The notes under the pieces: generated by a model
The model's database searches: none
Seen by the model: only the letters and a program-made list of their open reading frames with translations
Told to the model about the DNA's origin: nothing
Position numbers and translations under genes: made by a program
NCBI RefSeq assembly: GCF_040938485.1
Contig: NW_027272205.1
Coordinates: 62,001-126,000, forward strand
Direction of reading: 5' to 3'
Length of the DNA: 64,000 nt
From: Diadema antillarum
Taxonomy: Eukaryota
Shown: piece by piece, positions 13,349-28,000 of the stretch
Layout of the letters: every line of letters starts with the position of its first letter
How positions within the stretch are numbered: position 1 is the first letter of the stretch

Positions 13349-14208
13349 ATACATTTACAGGATCTGTGCCATAATAATTTATGTTAGTGCCAAGGCCAAA
13401 ACAAACACACGTCAAGTTTATCATGTTTAAGTAGAATGTAGGTAGATGCTATATCTATGCCCATAATTCTCTGTGATGTCAGTTTTTTTTAAACGTTTAT
13501 TCTTTAGAAATTTATCAAATTTCGTTCCACGCATTTCAACGTTTTCACATCAGCACAAAAAGTTTCCTCGTGTGCCAGATTGACACAAAGTGATATCATG
13601 CGACGGACAATAGTCGTATTATTCTCCATACTTTTATTCTTTGTACCTTGACATAGCAACAACCTATATAGGTAAACTAGCCACAAAAAAAAAAAGGCCG
13701 ACGAGACAGACATTATATCAAGGGGCTTAAGTCAGTCTAGTGAACTTTTTTTATTTCTCTATATTTTTCACAGCGTAGAACCCGTGGGCCTTGTTTGCCT
13801 AGTGTCGGACTTTTGGGCATTTTCCCTGTTTTATATGCAGTGTATAATCAACTGCATCGTCATTTCAGTAATTTGTGTATCCATTGACTTTTATGGAATA
13901 TTCCTTTTTACATTGAGTGCCAGTAAAAACAGTAATTATTATTTTGTCCTCTCGGAACTCATTATTTCGGTGATATTTTTCAAGATTTTGTAAAATATGT
14001 AATTTTGTGTTCTACCTCTGTCATGGTGTATAGATTATGTTCAGCTTGTATATTCTTTTTGTATGACGTTAATCATAGATTGACCGTCATAATCTCAAAT
14101 AAAGGCAAGAGCCGCATCTGTATACTGTATTTCTTTGCTCAAGCTCCAATGAATCCGTGATTATTGTATGTCGCAGGATGTGTGAATGAGAAATAAACGG
14201 GGTTATCC

Positions 14209-14416
14209 CATGAGACTGACACCCATGTGTCATACAGCCCACGAGTTCGACAGCAAATAAAGCCCATGAGTTCGACACTAGGTAAAAACAGCCAACGAGT
14301 TCGACAGATACAACACGGGGTTTAATGTGTCGGTCTCGTGGGCCTTGTTTGCTTAGTGTCGAACTCATGGGCTGTATGACTCGTGGGCTGTATTACTCTT
14401 GGGTGTAGGTCTCGTG
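14209..14416. mobile_element. Small foldback/MITE with GAGTTCGAC subrepeats
   Basis: CATGAGACTGACACCCATGTGTCATACAGCCCACGAGTTCGAC at the left is an imperfect inverted repeat of the right end. GAGTTCGAC is repeated and then inverted. A partial copy lies near 13780-13830. Confidence 0.55.
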
Positions 14417-15570
14417 ACGTGCACCCAAATGAATGTGATGTATTAGCTTGGTTATGTACGAGACGAGCAGTACCTTCTAAATTGGTTAGATGCCTCTCAT
14501 GAAAAATGTGTTTGTATCATAGTGTCTAGATTCATGCAGTTCTTGAAAGCGCAATTCCAATCTAATAGACTATACATCCACTCAAAGATAGAACAAAGAA
14601 TGAATAGAGCATATTATACGGAAATAAACCAAACACAGAATATATGACATTTCTTCTTCTTCTTCTTGCTTATAAGGCAGCAGCAGCTAAATAATGTCCC
14701 TCAATTTGTTCAGGTAGCCAAGTTACAGTCTCTGGAGTAGGGTGTGTTAGGTCCATGTTGTCATGAGGGCGGAGATCAGGGCACTCACTCAAGAAATCGG
14801 ACATAAAAAAACAGTTATTGGTTTCACATGTTTTTACAATAGAGTACAATGATATTTTCGCTCTTTTTATGTAGACATAAGATCAAGGCATCCAGTTTTG
14901 GCACTGACATATCCACAAATTGCCATGACAGTAAATGAAATGTTTCTATAGCTTGTCTTACATGTTGATTTGTTGTATCTGTATAGGAATGTATGATATT
15001 GCAGATAAAATCAAATTTGATTTGAATTGAATTATAATTATGTTAAATGATTACATAAACATACACTGAAGAGGCGGTATGCCCTTGAAACTTTTCATTA
15101 TTCGTTTCCGTTAAGTAGTTTATTAAAGACCAGACCTATTCCATGAAACTTAAAGCTTGATTTATATATTCCTAATGTTATTCTCTGCCAAGTGGCTGCC
15201 ATAAAAATTTCTTTTTGAGAATGTTTGTATTGTCTTATATTGACTATGGGACATTGCTGTACAAATTATGTTTTCCCTGCTACTTAAACTGTATACGGAC
15301 GATTCAGTCAGAGTAAATAAAATGATTATATTATACACATTACAATTGACATGCGGATATTCTCAATTCTCTCGATTTCAATATCAATTTTAGTATGGAT
15401 TTTCTGTTTCCCAGAACATTATGAAAGAAATAAACTAAAATAATACAATCTGACAGACGCAGGGGGGGGGGGGGGGTGGGAGGAAGGGTATTCTATTCAG
15501 TACGTTTGAGATGTCAGGATGGGAGTATTATATTAAGTTGTCATCACATGGTCATGGTTGTGACGTCCGC

Positions 15571-15616
15571 TTCTTCTTCTTCTTCTTCTTCTTCTTCTTC
15601 TTCTTCTTCTTCTTCC
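15571..15616. repeat. (TTC)n microsatellite
   Basis: Direct reading. Confidence 0.95.
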
Positions 15617-17251
15617 TTTGTAATCCTATAAAAATTAATTTATCCACGATTGTCGTTAATCCACAGATATGTTTGAGGTGCATGTGCTGGCCTATCGTGT
15701 GATATTTCGTGCCTTTAACGTGTGATACTGCATGGGGCGTCACTTTTATCTAATACCAGTATACCTTTATTGGGTTTTTATCTTGTTTTAATCGACCTTG
15801 CATGCTTAATGGGTCAAGTCAAAATTGACCGGCCAGGAAAGGCATGGAAGGAAGAGTCGGCTGGAAAATGGACTTATTTTTCTTCCGACTTAGCAGACAT
15901 CGCAATTGCCTTATAGTATGCGCACAATCCTATATTGCCCTTTATATGTAGGTTTAAAGTCCATGATACAGAAGAGTTGGCCTTTGGTTTGCGTGTTCTC
16001 AGCAGCTTAAAGATCGATTGCCCTCGTTGGAACTGGGAGAGACTGCCAAGTAAGTATCCGTACCAAAATATCCGAGTATGCATTTACCTATCATCATTCT
16101 GTCACGATCCAAGGAATAAAAAACAACATCAACAACAAAACTTTTGGAAGGAAATTGAGATACAGAAATACATAAATCTCTATCCCAAACACTGTGGTCA
16201 TAGTAACAGCTGTTTCAGTGCTGTTGACAGTTCTGTCTACGCGATCACGTGAAACACTGTGTGTCAATATTAGCGAGAATAGACCGTATATCGTGATATT
16301 TCATGCAGTTATTAGCTTTTTGAACACGGAGCAATCTCGTTCAAAGTTCGATAGTTTCCTTGCAAGATTCGTGTCTCGTTCAAAGTTCAGTAGGGCCTAC
16401 TTAGTTTTCGTACAAGATTCGGAAGTAACTCATCTTCTATTGTGTTCATCGAGACGATTTTATCGTCTAAAGTTGCGCTCCCATCGATATTGTCAAAGGA
16501 TGTGTGTGCAAAATCTGTAAAGTGAACGTGATGTATTCCTTAATTCTCATTACTGTATTTTCTTGTCATACTCGCATTTTGATTCTACCCACTTATACAA
16601 ACTTCATGCGATTTCAAGGCAAATATAGACATACGAGCACATCAAGTCCAGGCAACCAATGCGTTTTGTTGCTGTATCGTTTTATTATGATTTATATCCT
16701 TAATTGTTAATATTTCATTAAGATGAATAATGTCCCATCATTTCATACGTATGAGGCACATTTAGCACATCTAACATTGTTTATTTCAGTTGCATAATTA
16801 TCTATAAAGCTTTTAAATATAGCTTAACTTCATTCCTGAGATAAGCAAAATATTTAGAAAAATACTTAAATTGGCAATTTCTTGATTTTTTTTTTCTCGA
16901 TCAAGTGCAGAGTTGAGTACTTCACCCATTTAGGTCCATCTTATCTTTCTTCACAATATACTAGTATGCAGTAAACTACACAGTGGTCAATCCAAGGAGA
17001 ACAAAATGATATTTGATGCAACACTGAAAATACACGGAATTGGCCTGCACTAGACTTTCCGGTCTAGTGTATAATATTTTGAAATGGATGATTAAGCGTG
17101 TATACAATTCCTGATTTAATTGGTTTAAACATTTTCAGTATGATATTCAAAACTTTGTTAAAAATCTGTTTTAAATTATGTAATCTTTTTTCATATTTAA
17201 TCTTTCTTTTTCAGACACTTTGTATCATACCACCAGACTGAGGATAATAAC

Positions 17252-20200
17252 ATGGAGGCCACGAAGCTTTTTGAAGGAGTTTCTCGGGCTGATGTTTATG
17301 CGAAATACAGACCAACGTGGCCTGCTAAAGTTCATGAGAGGATTATGTCATTTCTTTCCACCAGGGTAAGTTTCAACGCTTGAGGGACTAATAAAGGGAT
17401 TTTGAAAGTATCAAAATGTTGGATTGCAGTCATGTAGTGATATGGTCTTCTTTATCCAGATATCCAGAGTATAATTATATTTAGCCTCTAACAGAGTTGC
17501 AATTGCGCTCCAGAGGGCCCTGGTATAACAATGGTTTGCGCATTACAGATCTGTTAAGAATTTCAGGTATACTTATTGATGTATAATAGTGCGTCTTTTT
17601 GTTACATGGATCTCTTATTGTTTTCCCAGTCTTTATTAGCATTTCTCTTCGCCATTCAAGCTGACTTACTATGAACATGTGAAATGACTGAGGAGATTTA
17701 AAATAATGTTATGCAAGAGAGGAGTTCTTCTGACACCCATTCAACTTATACTTCTCATGACTTTCAGCTGGTAATTGCTGGACTCATGCCTTTTCACTAT
17801 ATCTGTCTCACTCGTAGAAGATTTTGGGTGGCTGTACAGAAAGCAAGTACATGTCGATTAACTTCACCAATAAATCATTAGATGTCAAAGCGAGCAGCAA
17901 ATTAATCGAGAGAATATAGATTCCCTTATTAGCTGTAATGTGTAATCTGTAATTTGTAATCAAAAGGGCGACTCAGTCTCTTTTCCTTCTCATGTTATGA
18001 CTGTCTAATAGATGAGGGCAGTCTTAAGTCATTATATAGGATATTTCGAAACTTCAATGTTCAGTGTCTTCAGAAATAATTCGTCACATATCATTGTGTG
18101 GAAACAGTGCAATTTTGCCCAGAATATTTAAAATGCCAGTGAAGTGTAACAGGTCGCACAAAAACACCATCGTATTCGAACTTCCCTTGCCCTTCAGAGA
18201 TCTCCACCATACAAGCTAGCCGTCGACGTCGGATGCGGGTCGGGTCAGAGCACCTTCAGCTTGGTCCCGTGGTTCGAACGGGTAATCGGCTTCGACATCA
18301 GCGAAGCGCAGATTGGAGAAGCAATCAAAGCAAACTCCGTGAAGCACGTGGAGTTCAAGTAAGTTCTCGTCCATAGAAGTGTCATTTAACGTTTTTATGC
18401 CCACACAATATTGATTTGACTGTGCCGCAAACGACAAAGATACCGACTTAATTCATTTACTGAATGTATTATGTTGTGGATATAATAAATTGATAAGATA
18501 ACGACATTATCATATCTCCTGTGCGTCGAGTAGATCGTTTCAGTGCATTTTATCGCTATTGGTGGCATGAATTACTTTTCTTAGTTATCAATACAAATTG
18601 AATCACTAAAAATAGACGCCACGTGCACATTTTTTCATGCACCTGCAAATTTTAGCAGAATCTTTACTACATAATTTTCCTGCAAAACTTCTTAAACTTG
18701 CATTGTGATCCTTGCAATGAAAACAAATAGACATGTTCCTTGGCAAACACAAACAAATAAACATCAAAATTAATGGTGTGGTTTATAAAGTTTTATCCAT
18801 ATTTTTTAAGTTTGGTGATATTGAAAGGCGCATGGGAGTTCCCTTGTTAAATCACCATTATACAGTTGTCTTATACCTTATACTCATTTGTACAAAGGCA
18901 TCTGTCTTCATGATTGACTATTCACATTGCAGAGTGTCTGCAGCAGAAAAACTACCACTCGAAGACGATTCCGTTGACCTCCTGACTTGCGGCCTGGCTG
19001 CCCATTGGTTGGAGTTCGATGCTTTCTGCAGCGAAGTCCAGCGCGTGTTGAAGCCACGAGGGTGTCTTGCTATCTACGGACATGGGGAACCGTGGCTGGA
19101 CCACCCCGACCCCGATGTCAAGCAGAAACTTACAATAGCCTTCAAGGAGGTCAGGAGCAGTAGGCCTAAATGATGATATCAGTTATGACATACATATGTT
19201 TGTAATACTATGATGTATAAATCTGATTTAATGTATAGCAGGCCTATGCGCTTGAAGGCTTAACTGCCGTGTTGGCTGTGATAAATGAAATAATCAGGTT
19301 GATAAAGATAATGATAATTTCCGATACTAAATGATCAAAATTATGAAAACAAGGTATAAACCTGTAAACGTACTTGAATCTTGAACCAGTCACCCCATTA
19401 TTGCTATATTGTATTCAAGGCTGCCGCACTGCGATGTTATATGTCTGCTGAGCCGAAGCAAGTTGGTGACAGTGACAATTAAAAATACCCATTACCCTTC
19501 ATACCTAGAGTTTTTTCTCTCTTGTATAGCCTTATCGATGATAAAACAGATTATTCATTAGTCTCTTGGAAGATAATAAACATGGACAAAGAAAATTGTT
19601 TTCTGTACAGATAGAGACAGCAAAATTATAAAGGTCTATTTTATTCTCTCCTGAGATCATATGTTCTAACTTTATATATATGACGCAAAAAGGAAACCAT
19701 TTGAGATGATATAAAACTCTTAAATGTGTACTGTATTTTCATGTACACATGTATTTGATTTTTCTTTTACTAAAACTATTATGACTATTGTCATTATTTT
19801 TTTTTCATATTGGAATACACCATGTAGTATAGATTATTGCAATAATATGTATTCGTGATGTTAAGAGATATTTTACTGTAAAATTACAAGCTAATCTTCT
19901 TGACCTGTGTCCTCCAGTTTGACGTGGATTCGATTGGTCCATTTTGGCACGAGAAGAGACAGATAGCATGTGACTTGTACCGTGACTTCTCCCTGCCATT
20001 CGAAGATTCATTAAGGTTCGTGGATGAAGCAACAATCACCGGCGAATCATGGGGCAACCCTGTCTTTGATGATAAAATCAGGCATCAGATCTGTAATGCT
20101 AGAGAAAAGTTAAAGTTAATGGAGAAAAGTTAAAGCTGGAAAGACATTCGAAAACAACAAGTATAAACAAATAGTGCTAAAAATAATGTTGACACGTTAG

Positions 20201-22049
20201 CAAAGGTCGTATCAGGGCAATTACCCCTGAGGGCAGTTACCCCTGGCTAAATACTGGTTAGTGATAAGGCTAGAGAAAAGATTAGGGTTAGGGTTAGGTT
20301 TAGGGTTAGGAGTTTGTGTTAAGGTTAGGATTAGGTTTAGGACTAGGATTTGGATTAGGGCCTTGGGAAGGGTTCGGGGCATAATTGCCCAGGGGTAATT
20401 GCCCTAGACCCAGCATAGGTGACCAAGCGTCTATTTCTTAGTAACCATTTTATGTGTTTCATCATGATTAATTGACATAATATACAATATACATTTTGAT
20501 ATATACGATAAAGAGAGCTGTGCTTGAATTCTCTGTTTATAAAACAGCGAGAACACTTTTTCCGGTAAAAATTTCATATCATTACTCGAGATTAGAGTAT
20601 CAGAACATAACATCTAGGAAGAAATACTGCTAATTTATTTGACGTCATTTTGTATGGTTAGAATCATAAAAAGTCTGAAAATTATGCATGACTATTAACT
20701 TCCAGGAGCAATGAGAATTCGTATTTTCCAAATAGTATTGTATCAATCTATACATCAATTTGCAATGTCAAGAAATACGGGGTCGGAAGTGTACGTTCCA
20801 ATGATCTTACTTTCGAGTGAAATGCCGAGGAAGATAGGTGTTTGGCCAAGCTATACATGTATATACTTAGTTTGTTTCTTTTTTCCCATACATTGTGTCC
20901 TTTGTTTGCCTTTGCGATGTGAAACTTAACATAAATTCAATTTTCAAAGCCGATACATTAAATAATGCATCATGATCTTTGAAAAAAAAAGACTTGGTGT
21001 ATAACTTATAAAGCTATTGCAGTAAAAATTGTATCTTGGTCAGATTTTCATTCCCGTTATTCTTTTACCTTCATCATGGTTGCCTTGTTCCGTAACAGAG
21101 AAGACAACACAGAATTTCGCATTAACATGACCTTAGCGCACTATCTCGGTTTCGTGAGGAGTTGGTCTGCTTGCCAAATTGCTCTGGAGAAAGATCCTTC
21201 GAATCAAAGTTTCCTGGACGACTATCAAAGGAAGTAAGTGAAGTTTGTTGCATCTCACGTGGTGAAATTATCGCTGAAATTGCGGAAGTTCAAGTTCAAA
21301 TTCAAGTAGATTTATTTCATTTCCAACAAACAAATAATTAGGAATACAATAAATAATGTTCGTATATATACAGATATCAGGAAATCAGTACAAAATGCGA
21401 TGAAACATAACAACATGTCATGATGTGATAAAAACACAGGTAAATTATCAACAAAGATACAAATAAATAATATATCATTATGGTAAAGGCAGAAACAAAA
21501 TTGCTGGAAATGGAGGGTACTGCTAAAAAGCAGAGCTTGTAGTATGCAGTCCCCTCATTAAAAAAATGGGAAAAAATCAAATTGAAAAGAAAAAAGGCAA
21601 TTTGCCTATGCGATACAAAAAGACAGAGTAATACACACATACATGCACACACAAGGCACATTAACAAACACAAGACGGCTCTCTTGTAAGGAAGAAATAA
21701 TAAGAGGATAGAATGATTAGTGAGGAAGGTATAGTAAGTCCGAGGTAGACAATAAAGGAGGGGGGGGGGGGAATCAAAGCTGTTCTTGAGACAAGGTATT
21801 GGGAATTTAACTTTCTTCCAAATCGTGTGAAATCAAACAAATTAGCAGAAAACCATTCTCTACTTGACTCAGAAATATCCAAATATTATTCTATAGGACG
21901 TATCCAGTAAGCCCACTGATTCAATTGGTTTACAGCATATTTGTAATTGAAAGAAGACGTTTTCTCATGAAAGACTGCATGAACATTTGAATTCTGTGCC
22001 CTGGTTTCAAGTATAGCCTTCTTAGATCATTGCGCAGATTAAAAAAAAA

Positions 22050-22091
<42 letters not shown>

Positions 22092-25000
22092 TTTTTTTTT
22101 AAATAATTTTTTGTATAATAGATCAGTCGGTGTCCTTTTACTGTCTTCATTATTATGGCACCTGTGTCGCTATCTCGCTGTGTATATGAGGTAATAGACC
22201 GGGGGCCCAGAGCATTTATTCAGCTGAAAAGGGTCACACTTTTTGATGGTCTCATCATATAAGGATGTGGCCAAGGGTCAATAAAATAAATTGCTGGCAA
22301 GTCACATCCTGTACCGTAAGCCTAGGGGCCACAAAAAGGGACCCCGAAAAATCGATTTATTCAGCCGAAGGGGGTCACGGACAAAAGTTGGTGGATATTG
22401 TTCCTTTGGGTGTTCTTATCATGAAAACAGCAATGCCAGCTATTTTATCTTGTACGGGGCCCAAGACAGTAGCCCCAAAGGGCCCCACAAATATGGTGTT
22501 ATCCAGCTGAAAAGGGTCACGGCTAATTTCTTTTGCAATGGAAGTAGTTCCCATCAGAGATATCCAAAACACCAATGCCAGCTATTTTATCATGTACGGG
22601 GCCCCAGACAGTAGCCCCAAAGGGCCCCACCCTCCATAGGCCTACGTACAAACACACACAAACGTTGATTTTATTCAGTTGAAAAGAGTCACGGCTAATT
22701 TCTTTTGCAATTGAAGTAGTTCCCATCAGAGATATCCAAAACACCAATACCAGCTATTTTATCCTGTACGGGGCCCCAGACAGTAGCCCCAAATTGCCCC
22801 ACCCCCATAGGCCATACGTACAAACACACACAAACATTGATTTTATTCGTGCAGTTGAGAAGAGTCACAGCTAATTTCATTTGCAATGGAAGGAGTACCC
22901 ATCAGAGATATCTAAAACACCAAAGCCAACTATTTTATCTAGTACGGGGCCCCGGACAGTAGCCCCAAAGGAGCTCCCCCCCCCCCCCCCCCGGCACACA
23001 CACACACACACACACATTAGTTTCATTCAGCTAAAAAGGGTCACGGCTAATTTCTTTTGCAATGGAAGTAGTACCCATTAGAGATATCCAAAATACCAAA
23101 GCCAGTTATTTTATCCTGCACGGGGCCCCAGTCAGTAGCCCAAAATGCCCCCCCCCCCCCCCCCCCCCCCACACACACACACATTGATTTCATTCAGATG
23201 AAAAGGGTCACGGCTAATTTCTTTTGCAATTTTAGTAGTACTCATCAGAGATATCCAAAACACCAAATCCAGCTATCTTATCCAGTACGGGGCCCTGGAC
23301 AGTAGCCCCAAAGGAGCTCCCCACACACAAAAGCCAGTTATATCAGAGATATCCAAAACACCAAAGCCAGTTATTTTATCCTGCACGGGGCCCCAGACAG
23401 TAGCCCCAAAGTGCCCCACCCCCTATATAAGCCCTACGTACAAACACACACACACATTGACTTTATTCAGCTGATAAGAGTAACGGCTAATTTCATTTGC
23501 AATGGAAGTAGTACCCATCAGAAACATACAAAACACCAAAGCCAGTTATTTTATCCTGTACGGGGCCCCAGACAGTAGACTCAAAGTACCCCCCCCCCCC
23601 CCCCACACACACACACATACTCACACAATAGTTTCATTCAGCTGAAAAGGGTCACGGCTAATTTCTTTTGCATTGGAATTAGTACCTATCAGAGAAATCC
23701 AAAATACCAAAGCCAGTTATTTTATCCTGCATGGGGCCCCAGACAGTAGCCCCGAATTGCCCCCTTTTATACCCCCTCCCCCTCCCCCCCCCCCCCCCCA
23801 CCCCACACACACATTGATTTTATTCAGCTGAAAAGGGTCACGGCTACTTTCTTTTGCAATCGGAAGTAGTACTCATCAGAGATATCCAAAGCACTAAAGC
23901 CAGTTATTTTATCCTGCATGGGGCCCCAGACAGTAGCCCCAAAGTGCCCCCCCCCCCCACACACACACACACATATTGGTTTCATTCAGTCGAAAAGGGT
24001 CACGGCTAATTTCTTTTGCAATGGAAGTAGTATCCATCGGATATCAAAATACCAAAATCAGATATTTTATCCTGCACGGGGCCCCACACAGTAGCTCCAA
24101 AGTGTTTTGCTTTATTCTCTTTATTGTTTGCATCTCTTCTTCTTCTTAAATATGCGCTCCTTCGTCTTCATTTTCTCGACAACGACAACGTCCTCCTCAT
24201 CATCATCAGTTTTGCTGTTCTGGCAAACATTTTCCAGCGTATCGGCTACGTTCGATTTTAGAGCGGCGAGAGCGGAAGTCGTGCATAATTGAGTCTGGGA
24301 AAGCGTAGGAACAGCGTAGCTAAAGCGGCCAACAGCGTTATCGAAGCAGGAATGAAGTAGGAACAGGCCTTGATTTTATACGGGAGTAGAGAACTTAGTG
24401 AGAGCGTCGTTAAAGCGGGAAGGTCGTGCTTTGATCAAGAAAGCGGCGCAGCAGCGGGACAAACATGTCGTCGGTGTCTAGTAGAGACTATACTTCCCGT
24501 TCTTGTGCCGCTGTTACTACGGTCAGAAAAACCTGGAATTGTTACGCTCATCCCGCGGTATTTACACTGTCACTGCTCTCTCCCCGTTTGAGCTACGATT
24601 CAAAATAGGTCAATCTTGATGGGGAGATGGGGAAGAAATTTTGAACCAGTTCAAAATTTCTTCCCGATCTGTAAAATATCCAGATCCAACCCCATCACCC
24701 AAACGCTGCTGCTACGATGCTCTCGGTTCCCGTACACTTTTGACGCTCTCTCCCGATCTGACAGATTGAATAGATTGGGATGCAGATCATGATAGTGGAA
24801 TTACATGTGGGGACACTGGGGGCTCCGTACAGCTATATAACTGGTTTCGGTGTTTTTGATACCTCGTTGAGTACTACTTCCATTGCAAAAGAAATTATAG
24901 CAGTGATTCTTTTCACTTAGAATATAATACGGGAGCATTTTCCAGCTACTGGATGGGTTTGTGTTTTACGTATCTCAGCTGTTAATTCCACTGCCAAGGA

Positions 25001-28000
25001 AAATAGGCATACATGACTCTTTTCACCTAAAAACACTTAATTCATATGGGGTGGGTATACCTTGGGGCTATACCTGTCAAGGGCCCTGCATCCGGGCCAA
25101 TTTCGCACCTCTTTTAATCGAATTCTTTAATGTTGAATTAAATTTAGCAAAAATTTCGCCTAGATGACATGGTAGTTCAATGTCATAATCTCTTCATTCA
25201 AATTTATTTTGAAACATTCACATTACCTCTAACCTTATTCTAAATAACACTTTTCAACTGAAATCCATATATACGACAAGCACCATTCCACTATCCGTTC
25301 ATTAATTCATAATGATATAGTCACGTGATTACATGCTGCGCTCGTTCATTCAAATTGATTTCTGGCCATCTAATTTAACATGTTCTGCAGTCAATTAAAC
25401 AGATATGTTCATGCTTGGCCTCTTTACTCATTTTCTTTCATCGTAGTTGTTGTTTTGTAAGCATCATAGCATTTCATGTTTTCGTATTCGTTTAAGAGAC
25501 TTTGACGCCAGTTTTTTTTTTTTCTAACGTGCTTTTTGAATCCGAAGAAGTAAGAAGCCTCAAATTATCTGGCCTTCACGAGCGCTATACGAGCGGTCGG
25601 CCAGTTCCAAGAAGTCAAGGTTATGATCCTCAAAATAATGTTTTTTTTTTAAATAATTCTTTCTATGTCTTCGAGAGATATACGTCTGTATCTATTGTGC
25701 TGTCAGGACTATAAAAAAAATTAAGTTAATCTGCATTACTGGTACACGTATATAGGCCTATTATGACATGTATATGAAAGAGAAGGAGCGTTACAGAACA
25801 ACCAAATCCAGTTATACTAGATAAGAAAATGATACTTTTACTGCTTTATAACAGTAATTCATAGATGAAACGAAAACACACATAGAAAGACACGTTAAAA
25901 TGATCTGAAACAAAGAAATAGCATGATTTGAATTTGAATGAACACGTTTGGAATTTGACTGTCTTTCGCGAAATTTAATGACTGAAATACCCTTTTCGGC
26001 AAGTCAAGGCGAATTTGAATGAACGTAGGGTACCAGCCAATATGAATACCCATTTTACGAATTCGAACCTTCTATCAACTGAACCAACAAAAGTGCGAAA
26101 TTGGCTGGGAAAACCTAACTGGCTTTGATGTTTTGGGTATCTATGATGTAAACTAAGGCCTATACTTCGATTGTAAAAGAAAAACAACTATGACTCTTTT
26201 CAGCTAAATGATGTCATCGTAATTATGTGGGGGAGGGGCACTTTATGGCTACTGTACTGGGCCCAGTACAAGATGAAATGACTGGTTTTCGTATATTCTG
26301 TGCACTATACAGAAGTACAGTTGTATGCTTCCTTTGCAAATTTCTTGAGTGTTTTGCTACTGTAACCTATAGGACCCCGTATACAGGATAAGATGGCTTG
26401 CTTTGGTGTTTGTGATATCCCTGTTCAGTAGGCCCTGATATTTACGTTACAAAAGAATTTGTAAGACCATTTTCAGCTGATTCACAGTACATGTATAATG
26501 GATGGGACACTGTGGAGCTACACACAGAGAAATTACGGTTCTAATTTGCACCCTACAGGGTGCATATCGTTGTAACACCAGCGGCTCCATTTAGGGTTCT
26601 ATTTTGGGGGGTGCTTATTTAGCACCCTATATTTAACACCATATATGGTGCATATTTGCACCCCTCCATTGGGTTCCCTTTCTGCACCCAATAGGGTTCA
26701 TATCGTTGTAACACCAGCGGCTCCATTTAGGGTTCTATTTTTGGGGGTGCTTATTTAGCACCCTATATTCAACACCATATCTGGTGCATATTTGCACCCC
26801 TACATTGGGTTCCCATTCTGCACCCCATATGGTGAACAAAAATTCAGATGCAAATTTGCTCCCTTTCTGGTTCATATCGTTGTAACACCAGCGGCTCCAT
26901 TTAGGGTTCTATTTTGGGGGGTTCTTATTTAGCACCCTATATTCAACACCCTATAAGGTGCAAATATGGACCTCTATACAGGGTTCCCTTTCTGCACCTC
27001 ATACCTGCACCCATTATGGTTCATATTGTTATTGTTGTAATTTTGCACCCTATGGGGTGATAAAGTCACCGCAATATAGGATGCAATACAATTTGCACAC
27101 GTCTCTATATAGGGTTACCTTTCTGCACCCCATATGGTGAAAATTATAACCTTTTTTTTAAACCAAAATAATCATATACTGGATGCCTTCACTGACTTCA
27201 CAAACAATTACCTACTGTCTACTGGATGCCTTCACTGACTTCACAAACAATTACCTAAGGCAACACTCCAGACATGACGCAAAATAGCATGCATAGATTT
27301 ACACACAGTTTCTCAGTCAATTAAATCCACAATCTTTCGAAAAATGAAGTCAGAGACTTCAATTCAACAACAAATAGAACATAAACATGATGAATACAGT
27401 GCATACTTACATATAAATTATTAACATTTTAATATATGTCTAATGGAAGAGGGACAAGTTAACAGCGATTTCCTTTTTCATGGTTTACTTTAAAGTGAAC
27501 ATCAAATATACATTGTATTTCTACAAATTCTAATACGAGATGCATATTTTGTCATAAAAAGGGCAATGTAAATCAAAAATGTATGAAATTTGGTCAGTAC
27601 ATTGAAAAAGAAAAAAATATTTGTTCTTTCCATCAAATGATTACTTTTTCTTCTTTTAAAGGAAGTTACCACATTGACAAAAAGCACTAATTCTTTTTAT
27701 TTAAAAAATCCCTGAAGCTTGTGCAGAGTAATAGTAAACTATGTGACAAATATCTTTCACATTGTCCTTCTACTTCTAGAATGGATCATAGATATGTACC
27801 TTGAATTTACCGGTACATCTTAAGCACCTTTATGTGTAATCAAAAGACGCTCTTATGACGCTCTTAGACATTAACAGCGATATGTCAGCTCTGATTTCTC
27901 GTACACAAGTTATTGCCAAAACAATGAAGGGTATGGCAAAGTTCTGTCATATATATTTGAAACTCACTACTTGTACTGACATATTCCATCCAATTCCAAA

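Noticed and set aside
22265-22886. ORFs in the long TIR arms (and mirrors at 33967-34449)
   Set aside because: They are products of the repeat units, duplicated because of the inverted repeat, and show no protein features.
22430-24110. Repeat-spacer appearance resembling a CRISPR array
   Set aside because: Units are about 170 bp, spacers are homopolymer/(CA)n rather than unique, the context is eukaryotic, and there are no cas genes.
27177-27257. 38 bp direct duplication TACTGGATGCCTTCACTGACTTCACAAACAATTACCTA
   Set aside because: Only two copies with a 5 bp spacer: a simple slippage duplication, not a CRISPR-like array.
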